64,000 nt of DNA from Macrostomum hystrix (Eukaryota; Animalia; Platyhelminthes): contig CATNEN010000029.1 in the NCBI GenBank assembly GCA_950097015.1, forward strand, positions 3,782,001 to 3,846,000. Reading direction: 5' to 3'. Below, piece by piece: positions 46,465 through 59,531 of the stretch (within the stretch, counting starts at the first letter, position 1; each line of letters starts with the position of its first letter). The translations under genes were made by a program, and so were the position numbers. A model generated the notes under the pieces. It made no database searches, was not told the origin of the DNA, and was given only the letters and a program-made list of their open reading frames with translations.

Positions 46465-47925
46465 ACTGAGGGAGACAGTGAGGAGACAGTGAGGAGACAG
46501 TGAGGAAACAGTGAGGAGACAGCGTGGAGACAGTGAGGAGACAGTGAGGAGACAGTGAGGAGACAGTGAGGAGACAGTGAGGAGACAGTGAGGAGACAGT
46601 GAGGAGACAGTGAGGAGACAGTGAGGAGACAGTGAGGAGACAGTAAGGAGACAGTGAGGAGACAGTGAGGAGACAGTGAGGAGACAGTGAGGAGACAGTG
46701 AGGAGACAGCGTGGAGACAGTGAGGAGACAGTGAGGAGACAGCGAGGAGACAGTGAGGAGACAGCGAGGAGACAGTGAGGAGACAGTGAGGAGACAGCGA
46801 GGAGACAGTGAGGAGACAGTGAGGAGACAGTGAGGAGACAGTGAGGAGACAGTGAGGAGACAGTGAGGAGACAGTGAGGAGACAGTGAGGAGACAGTGAT
46901 TAGACAGTGATTAGACAGTGAGGAGACAGTGAGGAGACAGTGAGGAGACAGTGAGGAGACAGTGAGGAGACAGTGAGGAGACAGCGAGGAGACAGTGAGG
47001 AAACAGTGAGGAGACAGCGTGGAGACAGTGAGGAGACAGTGAGGAGACAGCGAGGAGACAGTGAGGAGACAGTGAGGAGACAGTGAGGAGACAGTGAGGA
47101 GACAGTGAGGAGACAGTGAGGAGACAGTAAGGAGACAGTGAGGAGACAGTGAGGAGACAGTGAGGAGACAGTGAGGAGACAGTGAGGAGACAGCGTGGAG
47201 ACAGTGAGGAGACAGTGAGGAGACAGCGAGGAGACAGTGAGGAGACAGCGAGGAGACAGTGAGGAGACAGTGAGGAGACAGCGAGGAGACAGTGAGGAGA
47301 CAGTGAGGAGACAGTGAGGAGACAGTGAGGAGACAGTGAGGAGACAGTAAGGAGACAGTGAGGAGACAGTGAGGAGACAGTGAGGAGACAGTGAGGAGAC
47401 AGTGAGGAGACAGTGATTAGACAGTGATTAGACAGTGAGGAGACAGAAAGTGATTAGACAGTGATTAGACAGTGAGGAGACAGTGAGGAGACAGTGAGGA
47501 GACAGTGATTAGACAGTGATTAGACAGTGAGGAGACAGAAAGTGATTAGACAGTGATTAGACAGTGAGGAGACAGTGAGGAGACAGTGAGGAGACAGCGA
47601 GGAGACAGTGAGGAGACAGCGAGGAGACAGTGAGGAGACAGTGATTAGACAGTGAGGAGACAGTGAGGAGACAGTGAGGAGACAGTGAGGAGACAGTGAG
47701 GAGACAGTGAGGAGACAGTAAGGAGACAGTGAGGAGACAGTGAGGAGACAGTGAGGAGACAGTGAGGAGACAGTGAGGAGACAGTGATTAGACAGTGATT
47801 AGACAGTGAGGAGACAGAAAGTGATTAGACAGTGATTAGACAGTGAGGAGACAGTGAGGAGACAGTGAGGAGACAGTGAGGAGACAGTGAGGAGACAGTG
47901 AGGAGACAGTGAGGAGACAGTGAGG
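46465..47925 (+). repeat. Minisatellite, 11-bp unit GTGAGGAGACA
   Basis: About 130 units; a rare GAGGAAAC variant recurs at a 495-bp offset. Confidence 0.97.
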
Positions 47926-48625
47926 ACTGCGTCAAACATCTACCTGGACAGAGCTGACTTACACCCCTGTGTGTGCTCATGTGAGCTGGTCGGATCGAAC
48001 AGAACTGCTTTCTCACGGGCCTACAATTAGATGACTAAAAAAAGAGGAAAATTAGGCAGAGGAGTGGAAGGATAGAAAGCAAAGCGTGGAGTATTTTGCT
48101 GGCTAACTTGGCGTGTTCTAAGCTGCAAAAGTTCTACACAAAACTCGGAGATTGGCATCGGACAAGCGATGACAGATAGATAGACCCGGCCGGCTGCTTA
48201 TCTAAACTTTGCTAGCCTACCTGCCCTTCACCAGCCGCCCTGAGCTCACCGCAGAGTCATCACAGCTGGCGGCACAGAATAGGAAGTCCGAAGTCTCTCT
48301 AAAGAAGTGCTTCCTGAGTCATACAAAGAATGCACACGACTTGTCCATTAGAGCCGGGTGCAGCTTGGGGTGGACATGCATGGCAAGGAGCTACTGGACT
48401 GGAGTGGCTTGCACTGCTGGCTGCTTTTGTCAGATTGGGGACAAACTCAACAGCACAAACTAGCAATGCGCCTGCGATTTGAGTGGCATTCAAGGATAGG
48501 ATAAGAGAGTAGTAGAAAGAATGTGAGCTTGCTGAATTCAAGGTCAATAGAAAGCTATGCAGTTGTGATGAAAAACTTTATCAGAATAAAGCTTGAGGAA
48601 GTGCTTGGGAATACTTCAAAAACCC

Positions 48626-50133
48626 ACTCTCAACCGACAACCCAGTCTCAACCGACAACCCATTCTCAATCGACAACCCAGTCTCAACCGACAACCCAGT
48701 CTCAACCGACAACCCATTCTCAATCGACAACCCATTCTCAATCGACAACCCAGTCTCAACCGACAACCCAGTCTCAACCGACAACCCATTCTCAACCGAC
48801 AACCCAGTCTCAATCGACAACCCAGTCTCAACCGACAACCCACTCTCAATCGACAACCCAGTCTCAACCGACAACCCAGTCTCAACCGACAACCCAGTCT
48901 TAACCGACAACCCACTCTCTATCGACAACCCAGTCTCAACCGACAACCCAGTCTCAACCGACAACCCACTCTCTATCGACAACCCACTCTCCTCCGGCAA
49001 CCCAGTTTCTATCGACAACCCAGTCTCAATCGACAACCCATACTCAATCGACAACCCAGTCTCAACCGACAACCCAGTCTCAATCGACAACCCAGTCTCA
49101 ACCGACAACCCAGTCTCAACCGACAACCCAGTCTCAATCGACAACCAGTCTCAATCGACAACCCAGTCTCAACCGACAACCCAGTCTCAATCGACAACCC
49201 ACTCTCCTTCGGCAACCCAGTTTCTATCGACAAGCCAGTCTCTATCGACAACCCAGTCTCTATCGACAACCCAGTCTCAACCGACAACCCAGTCTCAATC
49301 GACAACCCACTCTCCTTCGGCAACCCAGTTTCTATCAACAACCCAGCCTCTATCGACAACCCAGTCTCTATCGACAACCCAGTCTCAACCGACAACCCAG
49401 TCTCAATCGACAACCCACTCTCCTTCGGCAACCCAGTTTCTATCGACAACCCACTCTCCTTCGGCAACCTAGTCTCTATCGACAACCCAGTCTCTATCGA
49501 CAAGCCAGTCTTAATCGATAACCCAGTCTTAATCGACAACCCACTCTCCTTCGGCAACCCAGTTTCTATCTAAAACCCAATCTCTATCGACAACCCCGTC
49601 TCAACCGACAACCCAGTCTCAATTGACAACCCACTCTTTCTCGACAACCCACTCTCCATCGACAACCCACACTCCTTCGACAACCCACACTCCATCGACA
49701 ACCCACACTCCTTCGACAACCCACACTCCTTCGACAACCCACACTCCTTCGACAACCCACACTCCTTCGACAACCCACACTACATCGACAACCCACACTC
49801 CTTCGACAACCCACACTCCTTCGACAACCCACACTCCTTCGACAACCCACACTCCTTCGACAACCCACACTCCTTCGACAACCCACACTCCTTCGACAAC
49901 CCACTCTTCATCGACAACCCACTCTCCATCGACAACCCACACTCCCTCGACAACCCACACTCCTTCGACAACCCACACTCCATCGACAACCCACACTCCT
50001 TCGACAACCCACACTCCTTCGACAACCCACACTCCATCGACAACCCACACTCCTTCGACAACCCACACTCCATCGACAACCCACTCTCCTTCGACAACCC
50101 ACTCTCCTTCGACAACCCACTCTCCTTCGACAA
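48626..50133 (+). repeat. Minisatellite, 18-bp unit CGACAACCCAGTCTCAAC grading into CGACAACCCACACTCCTT
   Basis: About 83 units; two sub-domains switching near 49620. Confidence 0.96.
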
Positions 50134-51498
50134 CCTAGTTTCTATGGACAGAACATTCGAGCTACTTCTTTATCAAGAAGATAAAGAATGGATTCTTTAT
50201 TCGCCATATTTTTGAGTGACAGGTGACATTTCCAGCATCATCATTACTGTCAGCTGATCATGTTGATGGCAGGCCGAAAAGCTTTAGCATTTCCACTGCC
50301 AAGCCTGTCATATCGACAGGTGTGCACGGGACTGCACAGCCCTGGCGCTGCAGTACTATTTCTTCTCCCGCAAATCCCTATAGCTGTGTCTCCACCCGCC
50401 ATTTGCTGGCCTCTCCGTCTCTCTCCCCCTCTCCCCCTCTCCCCTCTCTCTAACCCAGTGTTTTAAAAAATGGACCATCTAAAAAGAGTGCAAAAGTGCA
50501 AAACAGCGAACGCCGTGCGTCACACAACGCCGATACGGCTACTGGTGACATTCTTCTGGCAGAGGAGAAACTGCCATAGACTGCGCCAGCCAGCCTAGCA
50601 GGCAAATAGTCGTGAGTTGTCCTGTGTCTATCTTTTTTTTCTTCGCCTGTCAAATTATTTTTCCATAGAGGTCGGGAGCTCGATCTCAGCCTGTTAAATG
50701 TTTGGACTAAACATTGGATTTGCATTTGAAAGTGGCTGTACATTTGGCCCAACAGAGTTAGGTGCATTTTATATTTCTCTATTTCTTTTCCAATAATTTT
50801 AGTCCCTTCCTCTACTAGCCAGGACTAGGCAGAGTAACTGTTGCTGACTTACACTTCTCTACTTAAAGCTTGCCATCGCCCAACCTTGACGGGAAGTGGC
50901 CCCGTCTCCCAAAAGTCTAAAACTTTTCGACGACTCTTCCCGACTCGCCCCGCCTCACCAAACCCGAGGGAATTTGAGCTCAGTAACTCCGCAGCCTAAC
51001 TCCTGAGGGCAATGCCACTCAGGGCCCCTTATCTCTCTGTCTCTCTCGCACTCTCTTTCACTCATTCTCTTTCTCTGTCTTCAGTGCCAAAATCTTGCGC
51101 CTCTTCTTCTTCTTCTTCTTTTTTTACCCTTTCCTAGATTTCGCCCAAGCACTCTTCGCTGCCCTGGTCACTTTGCCCTAGTAGCGATAGTCCCATGGCT
51201 GTAGCTGCACACCTACTATACGCGGCAGGCAGCACTTTGAAAGAATTGTTCCCACATCAGCCGAAAGTGAAGCTAAATTCACCCCAGTCCCCAAGTCATT
51301 TAGCAGTTACTTCACTTTCAGCCATGCATTCCGGATAGGCACGCGACCTTGCGACTAGCCCAGCCATGCTCGATCCCACCCGGCCAATTAAGCAAGCCTA
51401 GCTGACCTCATCACCCACCCCACTGCTCTGCCCACCCGCCTGCCACGGCCATGCCTTCCCCTTGAGCACCGGGCCGTCATATCCGCCTGATTCAGCAG

Positions 51499-51592
51499 GA
51501 GCTATGTCTGCGTGGGGCCCAATTGACATACCAGCAGATCTGTGACTGTGACTTCAGCAACTGTCTGATAACAAATTACAGCATACCCGAGG
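51499..51592 (+). CDS. Candidate orphan exon (ELCLRGAQLTYQQICDCDFSNCLITNYSIPE)
   Basis: TTCAGCAG acceptor, GTGAGT donor at 51593; phase 1 matches the 53964 exon. Confidence 0.4.
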
Positions 51593-51607
51593 GTGAGTTC
51601 ACCGATT

Positions 51608-52148
51608 TACTCACTCACTCACTCACCCACTCACTCACTCACTCACTCACTCACTCACTCACCCACTCACCTACTCACTCACTCACTCACTCACTCACTC
51701 ACTCACTCACTCACTCACTCACCCACTCACCCACTCACCCACCCACTCACTCACTCACTCACCCACACACTCTCTCACTCACTCACCCACTCACTCACTC
51801 ACTCACCCACTCACCCACACACTCTCTCTCTCACTCACCCACTCACTCACTCACTCACCCACTCACTCTCTCACTCACTCACCCACTCACTCACTCACTC
51901 ACCCACTCACCCACACACTCTCTCTCTCACTCACCCACTCACTCACTCACTCACCCACTCACTCTCTCACTCACTCACCCACTCACTCACTCACTCACTC
52001 ACTCACCCACACACTCTCTCTCTCACTCACCCACTCACTCACTCACTCACCCACTCACTCACTCACTCACTCACCCACTCACTCACTCACCCACTCACTC
52101 ACTCACTCACTCACCCACTCACTCACTCACTCACCCACTCACTCACTG
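51608..52148 (+). repeat. (CACT)n/(CACC) microsatellite
   Basis: Direct observation. Confidence 0.95.
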
Positions 52149-52157
52149 ATTTACTCC

Positions 52158-52390
52158 ATTATTAAGTCACCCAGGAACTCACTGATTCGGTACATTATTA
52201 AGTCACCCAGGAACTCACTGATTCAGTACATTATTAAGTCACCCAAGAACTCACTGATTCAGTACATTATTAAGTCACCCAGGAACTCACTGATTCAGTA
52301 CATTATTAAGTCACCCAGGAACTCACTGATTCAGTACATTATTAAGTCACCCAGGAACTCACTGATTCACTCCATTATTAAGTCACCCAG
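52158..52390 (+). repeat. Minisatellite, 36-bp unit TATTAAGTCACCCAGGAACTCACTGATTCAGTACAT
   Basis: About 6 units. Confidence 0.92.
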
Positions 52391-53106
52391 AAACAAACTG
52401 ATTTAAAAAGAAACGAATGTGTCTACGCCACTCTACTCTTAAGTAGAGTGATGCAGATCAACTTGGCCTTCATTTCGCATTTTATTTCAAATTATAATCT
52501 ACAAGTTAGTCATATATGAAGTGTCTGATCTGATCTGACTCTCCACTCGGAAAATTCAGAAGCCTGCGAAAGACTCCAACTTTGAGATCAAACTTTGAGA
52601 TGTAGCTCGTATTTTATTTTTCACGCCAAATCAGACTTCATGTCATGTCATCTCATCTTATGTTATCTCTCCGTACCGTATCCCATCTTTACTTTATCCA
52701 AAAATACAGGCTTCTAGCCCTTTAAGTCGCCAAGCAATTGCCAGTGAAGTCTCAGGCACGAGCCTGGAGTAGTTCGAACACGAGTTTTCAATCATCGCTT
52801 ATAGAACAGCGACCCCCCAGCAGGCCACTTAAGGTCTCCTCAGAAAACTACTCAAAGAAAGCTTTGCCCTGCAAGGCTGACCAGCCAAGGTTGAATTGAC
52901 AGCCATTCGACGATCTGGAAGGCAAATTTTGATTCGGATTGGCAGATAAAATTCCTGAAAGTGGGAGAGCAGCAGCTCAAGCTTCATCAAATAAGTTTGC
53001 AATTTATTTGCTAAATCGTAGTCTGGATAAGGAACTCAATGCTAAAGTCCATTTGGAATTAATAATTATCCAAGCACTGCTCTTTGTGCAACCATTAACC
53101 ATTAAC

Positions 53107-53706
53107 ATGTGTCCTCAGGATAAGGCTGTAGCCAAGGTGTCTTTGATGCTGTGTCCTCAGGATAAGGCTGTAGCCAAGGTGTCTTTGATGCTGTGTCCTC
53201 AGGAAAAGGCTGTAGCCAAGGTGTCTTTGATGCTGTGTCCTCAGGATAAGGCTGTAGCCAAGGTGTCTTTGATGCTGTGTCCTCAGGATAAGGCTGTAGC
53301 CAAGGTGTCTTTGATGCTGTGTCCTCAGGAAAAGGCTGTAGCCAAGGTGTCTTTGATGCTGTGTCCTCAGGATAAGGCTGTAGCCAAGGTGTCTTTGATG
53401 CTGTGTCCTCAGGATAAGGCTGTAGCCAAGGTGTCTTTGATGCTGTGTCCTCAGGATAAGGCTGTAGCCAAGGTGTCTTTGATGCTGTGTCCTCAGGAAA
53501 AGGCTGTAGCCAAGGTGTCTTTGATGCTGTGTCCTCAGGATAAGGCTGTAGCCAAGGTGTCTTTGATGCTGTGTCCTCAGGATAAGGCTGTAGCCAAGGT
53601 GTCTTTGATGCTGTGTCCTCAGGATAAGGCTGTAGCCAAGGTGTCTTTGATGCTGTGTCCTCAGGATAAGGCTGTAGCCAAGGTGTCTTTGATGCTGTGT
53701 CCTGAT
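53107..53706 (+). repeat. Minisatellite, 42-bp unit TGTCCTCAGGATAAGGCTGTAGCCAAGGTGTCTTTGATGCTG
   Basis: About 14 almost identical units. Confidence 0.97.
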
Positions 53707-53963
53707 GATGCTAAAATAGTTGTTTATACGAATTGGAATGTAAGTGCAGAATGATTTTGACAGAATCAAGCTATGGGGCTTGCAGATTCCAAAAGTGAGC
53801 AGCAAAATGGTGTTAGAGAATAATTTCATCCGATAAATTTCGTCTTGGTAACGAGTCTGACAGAACAACTTATGAGCGGGCGAATAAAGTTTTCCCAATC
53901 GGGTTTTTAGCCCCAAAATTTGAGCCCCGGCAAACTAAGGTGACGAAACTTTTCTATCTCTAG

Positions 53964-54040
53964 GCGAAAGTTCGGCCTGCGATTCCTGGGAATTCACCGG
54001 ACCCTCTCCCTCCCAATCTGCCCCAGAGAAGATTAATCTG
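53964..54040 (+). CDS. Candidate orphan exon (GESSACDSWEFTGPSPSQSAPEKINL)
   Basis: TTTCTATCTCTAG acceptor, GTGAGT donor; phase 1 to 0. Confidence 0.42.
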
Positions 54041-54474
54041 GTGAGTTGGGGCCTTCTCAATGCCCAGCTTCGAGCAGATCGGCAGCCTTCGCCCAGGCCC
54101 GCTGTGTTTGCCGGCCTGGCCCAAAGTGAAGCCAAATAATCCCCTATCCGGGTCACTGGCCGCATGCGGACCTGTCTCACATCCGCACTTCCCTCAGTCT
54201 CCAACGCCTCTCACCCCAACACTGCAGAAGTGGCCGCTCATTTAGTCTGATCAGCAGCTCTCGCCTCTGGCATTGAATGGGGCCGCCGAGGTCGATGTGG
54301 ACAATGGCCGCAGCGGACACAGTTTCCCGAAGTTATCGATTTCAACTCCCTTGGGTCGGTGAATGATAATTCAAGCTTTGAGCAAGTAGATTGAGAATTG
54401 AGCAGCCTTGATAACGATCCCAAAGCCGAGACCAGACAAAAAACATGGTGGAACAATTTTAACATCAACCAGCT

Positions 54475-54819
54475 GGGGGGTCGGTGGCAGAGCGGTTAAC
54501 GCGTTTGCCCCTCGCACCAAGGTCCCTGAGCTCGATTCCGCGGCGAGGCCACATTTACTTGGGGCGCAGCGGCGGAGAGAAGGCTTGGGGGCCATTGAGG
54601 ACCGGCCTTCAAGGCCTTGTGAAAGTGTACACTACCTGACGATGAGAAAGCCAGGGCAGATGTACACACCTGTGTGAGCGTCGTACAGTATCTGAGTGCG
54701 TGTGTGCTCATGAGTCAGCGAAATCGGCAGAATTGCCTCCTCGCTGGCTGCGGGTCTAGTGTCACCAAATGATGTGCCATTGCCCGCAGCCCTCCAGCAA
54801 TTATTATTATTATTAATAA
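54475..54819 (+). mobile_element. tRNA-derived SINE, family B, copy 5 (full length)
   Basis: 13-bp TSD TAACATCAACCAG at 54460-54472 and 54820-54832; head GGGGTCGGTGGCAGAGCGGTTAA...GAGCTCGATTCC; (TTA)n tail. Confidence 0.93.
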
Positions 54820-54867
54820 TAACATCAACCAGTTGGTACATCTGCCCCTAATTTTCTTATCGTCAAG

Positions 54868-55041
54868 CTGTGTCTTGGAGATTGGCCGTCAAGACCTTGG
54901 TGCGAGATTAGACAGCGCTACTGTCTTGCTCGAGGAAATGAATTACTTATGCTGCGAATCGAACTCCGGACCTCTTCAACTTGGCCGACAGATAGCCTCC
55001 CAGCTGCCAAGGGGCCTGTCGATTCCAAGAAAAATCGATAG
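54868..55041 (+). CDS. Possible terminal exon of the 51499/53964 chain
   Basis: TTTTCTTATCGTCAAG acceptor; phase-0 frame open to TAG; no homology recognised. Confidence 0.25.
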   Translation: MCLGDWPSRPWCEIRQRYCLARGNELLMLRIELRTSSTWPTDSLPAAKGPVDSKKNR

Positions 55042-55329
55042 CAGCTCCGACTGTTAAATCGATTTGAGAGCCGAGTGGAATACAGTAGAGTAGAGAGACT
55101 GCGGATGGGGATGAGGCGAATTGGGAGAATGAAATCAGATCCCGGCATATTGGGGCTGCGAGTCTGATGCACGCTGGGTTGACCGCACAATGGCAGTGGA
55201 GAAATTGAGAGGATTAACGAGGCTGAAGAATCATCATGTTATATTAGGGGGGATGCCAACCAGATTGGTAGTGGAACCACTCGATTGAGACTCGCTTGAG
55301 AGGGTCCGAACTATTCGCGGTAGAGGGGC

Positions 55330-56250
55330 TAGATAAGGATGAGAAAGATAGATAGATAGAGAGAGTGATAGATAAGGATGAGACAGATAGATAGATAGAT
55401 AGATAGAGAGAGTGATAGATAAGGATGAGACAGAGATATATAGATAGATAGAGAGAGTGATAGATAAGGATGAGACAGAGATATATAGATAGAGAGAGTG
55501 ATAGATAAGGATGAGACAAAGATAGATAGATAGAGAGAGTGATAGATAAGGATGAGACAGAGATATATAGATAGATAGAGAGTGTGATAGATAAGGATGA
55601 GACAGAGATATATAGATAGAGAGAGTGATAGATAAGGGTGAGACAGAGATAGATAGATAGAGAGAGTGATAGATAAGGATGAGACAGAGATATATAGATA
55701 GATAGAGAGAGTGATAGATAAGGATGAGACAGAGATAGATAGATAGAGAGAGTGATAGATAAGGATGAGACAGAGATATATAGATAGAGAGAGTGATAGA
55801 TAAGGATGAGACAGATAGATAGATAGATAGAGAGAGTGATAGATAAGGATGAGACAGAGATATATAGATAGATAGAGAGAGTGATAGATAAGGATGAGAC
55901 AGAGATATATAGATAGAGAGAGTGATAGATAAGGATGAGACAGATAGATAGATAGATAGAGAGAGTGATAGATAAGGATGAGACAGAGATATATAGATAG
56001 ATAGAGAGAGTGATAGATAAGGATGAGACAGATATAGATAGATAGATAGAGAGAGTGATAGATAAGGATGAGACAGAGATAGATAGATAGAGAGAGTGAT
56101 AGATAAGGATGAGACAGATATAGATAGATAGATAGAGAGAGTGATAGATAAGGATGAGACAGAGATAGATAGATAGATAGAGAGAGTGATAGATAAGGAT
56201 GAGACAGAGATAGATAGATAGAGTGATAGATTTAAATGAGACAGAGATAG
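55330..56250 (+). repeat. GATA/GA-rich compound minisatellite (GATAGATAAGGATGAGACAGAGATA...)
   Basis: About 40-bp period with a variable GATA count. Confidence 0.95.
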
Positions 56251-56274
56251 ACACTGCTAGATATGAATGAATTG

Positions 56275-56920
56275 ATGAGACAGAGAGGGAGAGAGTAGGA
56301 GATAAGGGTGAGACATTGAGATAGGGGAAGAGAGTGGGAGATAAGGGTGAGACAGTGAGATAGGGGAAGAGAGTGGGAGATAAGGGTGAGACAGTGAGAT
56401 AGGGGAAGAGAGTGGGAGATAAGGGTGAGACAGTGAGATAGGGGAAGAGAGTGGGAGATAAGGGCGAGACAGTGAGATAGGGGAAGAGAGTGGGAGATAA
56501 GGGCGAGACAGTGAGATAGGGGGATAGAGTAGGAGATAAGGGTGAGACAGTGAGATAGGGGAAGAGAGTGGGAGATAAGGGTGAGACAGTGAGATAGGGG
56601 GAGAGAGTGGGAGATAAGGGTGAGACAGTGAGATAGGGGAAGAGAGTGGGAGATAAGGGTGAGACAGTGAGATAGGGGAAGAGAGTGGGAGATAAGGGTG
56701 AGACAGTGAGATAGGGGAAGAGAGTGGGAGATAAGGGCGAGACAGTGAGATAGGGGAAGAGAGTGGGAGATAAGGGCGAGACAGTGAGATAGGCGGAGAG
56801 AGTGGGAGATAAGGGTGAGACAGTGAGATAGGGGGAGAGAGTGGGAGATAAGGGTGAGACAGTGAGAGATGGGGGAAGAGAGTGGGAGATAAGGGTGAGG
56901 AACTGAGAGATAGGGATAGA
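56275..56920 (+). repeat. Minisatellite, 39-bp unit GGGAGATAAGGGTGAGACAGTGAGATAGGGGAAGAGAGT
   Basis: About 16 units. Confidence 0.95.
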
Positions 56921-57374
56921 TAGGGGTTGATATGAGGCGGAAATTTAGTGGATCTCTGTTGGTAGATCTCTGATGCATCTCAAAGCTTCAAGCATCGAGT
57001 GGAGACACCGAATGGCAGATGACTGAGGCGTTGAGGGATTGCTGTGAGTGGCTGCCCAGGGATGCCTTTGGATTGGCTGGCATTGACCAAAGCTAAATAT
57101 TTAGCCGACTCTTTGTTAGTTTAGGCCGAAAAGTGCTTTAATATATATATTTAATCATTAACGCCATGCCGTGTGTTAGATTTAGGTCGGAAATAAGCTG
57201 AAAATTTTATTGGCTATATTTACCAGTCGATTAATAAAAGCATCATGGGAAACAATATGTAAGTTGTGCAGCAGTGCTAATTGTCCCTTAAAGTTTTGTA
57301 TTCGAATAATAATTTCTTTCAATTTACTTTCCGTTCACGACTTCTCTCTGATCATAAAATATAGGTTTAGACAG

Positions 57375-57720
57375 TTAAGGTGAGACAATTAATGTGAGAC
57401 AGTTAGGGGGAGACAGGGTGAGACAGTAAGGGGGAGACAAGGTGAGACAGTAAGGGGGAGACAGGGTGAGACAGTAAGGGGGAGACAGGGTGAGACAGTA
57501 AGGGGGAGACAGGGTGAGACAGTAAGGGGGAGACAGGGTGAGACAGTAAGGGGGAGACAGGGTGAGACAGTAAGGGCGAGACAGGGTGAGACAGTAAGGG
57601 GGAGACAGTTAGGGTGACACAGGGAGAGACAGAAAGGGTGAGAGTTCGGGTGAGACAGTTAGGTAGAGATAGGGTGAGACAGAAATGGTGAGACAGGTAG
57701 AGTGAGACAGTTAGTGAGGC
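57375..57720 (+). repeat. Minisatellite, 24-bp unit GAGACAGTAAGGGGGAGACAGGGT
   Basis: About 9 good units plus degenerate flanks. Confidence 0.9.
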
Positions 57721-58125
57721 AGAGTGAGTCGAGTCGAGTGAGGCAGACTGAGAGTGGAGTGATGTAGTTAGGCTGATGTCAGCAACCATTTCTTCGTCTA
57801 GTACTCGTACAATTGAGCCAAAGCTAAGTTAGATTTCGCCCACTCACAGAATCAAAGCGAACCACTAAACTGTTCACAATTATGAAACAGAAATATTTTA
57901 CAAGCCAAATCAGTCAGTCAGATTCAATCAGGAAGCTGTCCCAAGCTCTCGCGTGTGTCAGTCTGCCTGCGTGCTGCCGCGTGTTAGCGGAAGGTAGGAG
58001 GCATGAGAGCTTGCAACCTCACAATGCGGCTGTGCCACACCTATTTCTAGTTGCTAGGGCGATTCGCACGGGGAAGTGTGCTGTTCAAATCTTGAGCATG
58101 CTAGGAAATAGAGACCGCCTTTGAG

Positions 58126-58884
58126 ATGAGTGAATAGGTAGAGTCTCTACAATGCTGTGATGTACTGTCACAATGAGTGACTTCGTAGAGTCTCTACTGT
58201 GCTGTGATGTACTGTCACAATGAGTGACTTCGTAGAGTCTCTACTGTGCTGTGATGTACTGTCACAATGAGTGACTTCGTAGAGTCTCTACTGTGCTGTG
58301 ATGTACTGTCACAATGAGTGACTTCGTAGACTCTCTACTGTGCTGTGATGTACTGTCACAATGAGTGAATAGGTAGAGTCTCTACAATGCTGTGATGTAC
58401 TGTCACAATGAGTGACTTCGTATAGTCTCTACTGTGCTGTGATGTACTGTCACAATGAGTGACTTCGTAGAGTCTCTACTGTGCTGTGATGTACTGTCAC
58501 AATGAGTGACTTCGTATAGTCTCTACTGTGCTGTGATGTACTGTCACAATGAGTGACTTCGTAGAGTCTCTACTGTGCTGTGATGTACTGTCACAATGAG
58601 TGACTTCGTATAGTCTCTACTGTGCTGTGATGTACTGTCACAATGAGTGACTTCGTAGAGTCTCTACTGTGCTGTGATGTACTGTCACAATGAGTGACTT
58701 CGTAGAGTCTCTACTGTGCTGTGATGTACTGTCACAATGAGTGACTTCGTATAGTCTCTACTGTGCTGTGATGTACTGTCACAATGAGTGACTTCGTAGA
58801 GTCTCTACTGTGCTGTGATGTACTGTCACAATGAGTGACTTCGTAGAGTCTCTACTGTGCTGTGATGTACTGTCACAATGAGTG
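58126..58884 (+). repeat. Minisatellite, 47-bp unit ATGAGTGACTTCGTAGAGTCTCTACTGTGCTGTGATGTACTGTCACA x16
   Basis: 16 highly homogeneous units; the 17th ATG opens the 58878 ORF. Confidence 0.97.
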
Positions 58885-59124
58885 AGTTGGTCAAACTGGT
58901 GTCACCTTCCTCCAGTGCCGGGCCCGGCCGAAGATCGCGCTCAAACTCGCAGCCGCACGCGGTCGAGTATTACCATAGACTAGCGGAGAGCCAATCGGTG
59001 CTGAGCCAGCTGTCCAAGGCCACCAGAGACAATCAGACGGGACCTGCGACCAACGGTGGGCGCCAGCAGCGGATTCCGAATTCCAGCACTTTGACAAGCC
59101 AGCTCGACTTCTGCCCCCAGCAGG
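58878..59124 (+). CDS. Candidate coding exon (first exon from ATG 58878, or internal exon from acceptor 58915)
   Basis: GC-rich open frame MSELVKLVSPSSSAGPGRRSRSNSQPHAVEYYHRLAES...; strong donor GTAAGT at 59125. Confidence 0.5.
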
Positions 59125-59262
59125 GTAAGTTTCACATCTGAACTGTGCAATGTATATGTGTATATATAATACACGCTTTCTTCACTTCCTACTGGCAGTA
59201 GGGTCTTAAGGACAAATCAAGTGCAATATCCACATTCTATATAGTCATACTATAATGAATTA

Positions 59263-59531
59263 TTATTAATCGTAATTGATTACACCTGCCCCGATTGGGC
59301 CAGATGTGCAGCCGACAGCACAGCCGCAGCTATTGCGCGGCGCATCTGAAGGCTGCGTACGGCTGTTCAGTCCATGGACTGGGGGACGCCACACCCACCC
59401 TCAATTACCCCAGCTGATTTTGATACCCATTTAACAGCTGGGTGAACTGAAGAATTTTTTTCAGTGGAGTCAGGAATTGAACCCCGGACCTTCCAGTCGT
59501 GAGTACGATGGTCTTACCACTAGTTTACAAC
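59263..59531 (-). mobile_element. tRNA-derived SINE, family A, copy 4 (full length)
   Basis: Reverse strand head CTAGTGGTAAGACC...GGGGTTCAATTCC (A/B boxes); complete body; AT-rich tail. Confidence 0.9.

Noticed and set aside
50223-50319. Possible exon VTFPASSLLSADHVDGRPKSFSISTAKPVIST
   Set aside because: Weak donor (GTGTGC), and its phase-1 end does not join the next candidate exon without a stop
54625-54667. Hammerhead-like CUGACGA...GAAA in the SINE B hairpin
   Set aside because: Only 3 nt between the boxes (no stem II), no NUH with compatible stems I/III, and CUGAC is sequestered in the hairpin stem
58126-58884. CRISPR-like appearance of the 47-, 42-, 36- and 33-bp arrays
   Set aside because: Units are directly adjacent with no unique spacers, there are no cas genes, and the context is eukaryotic
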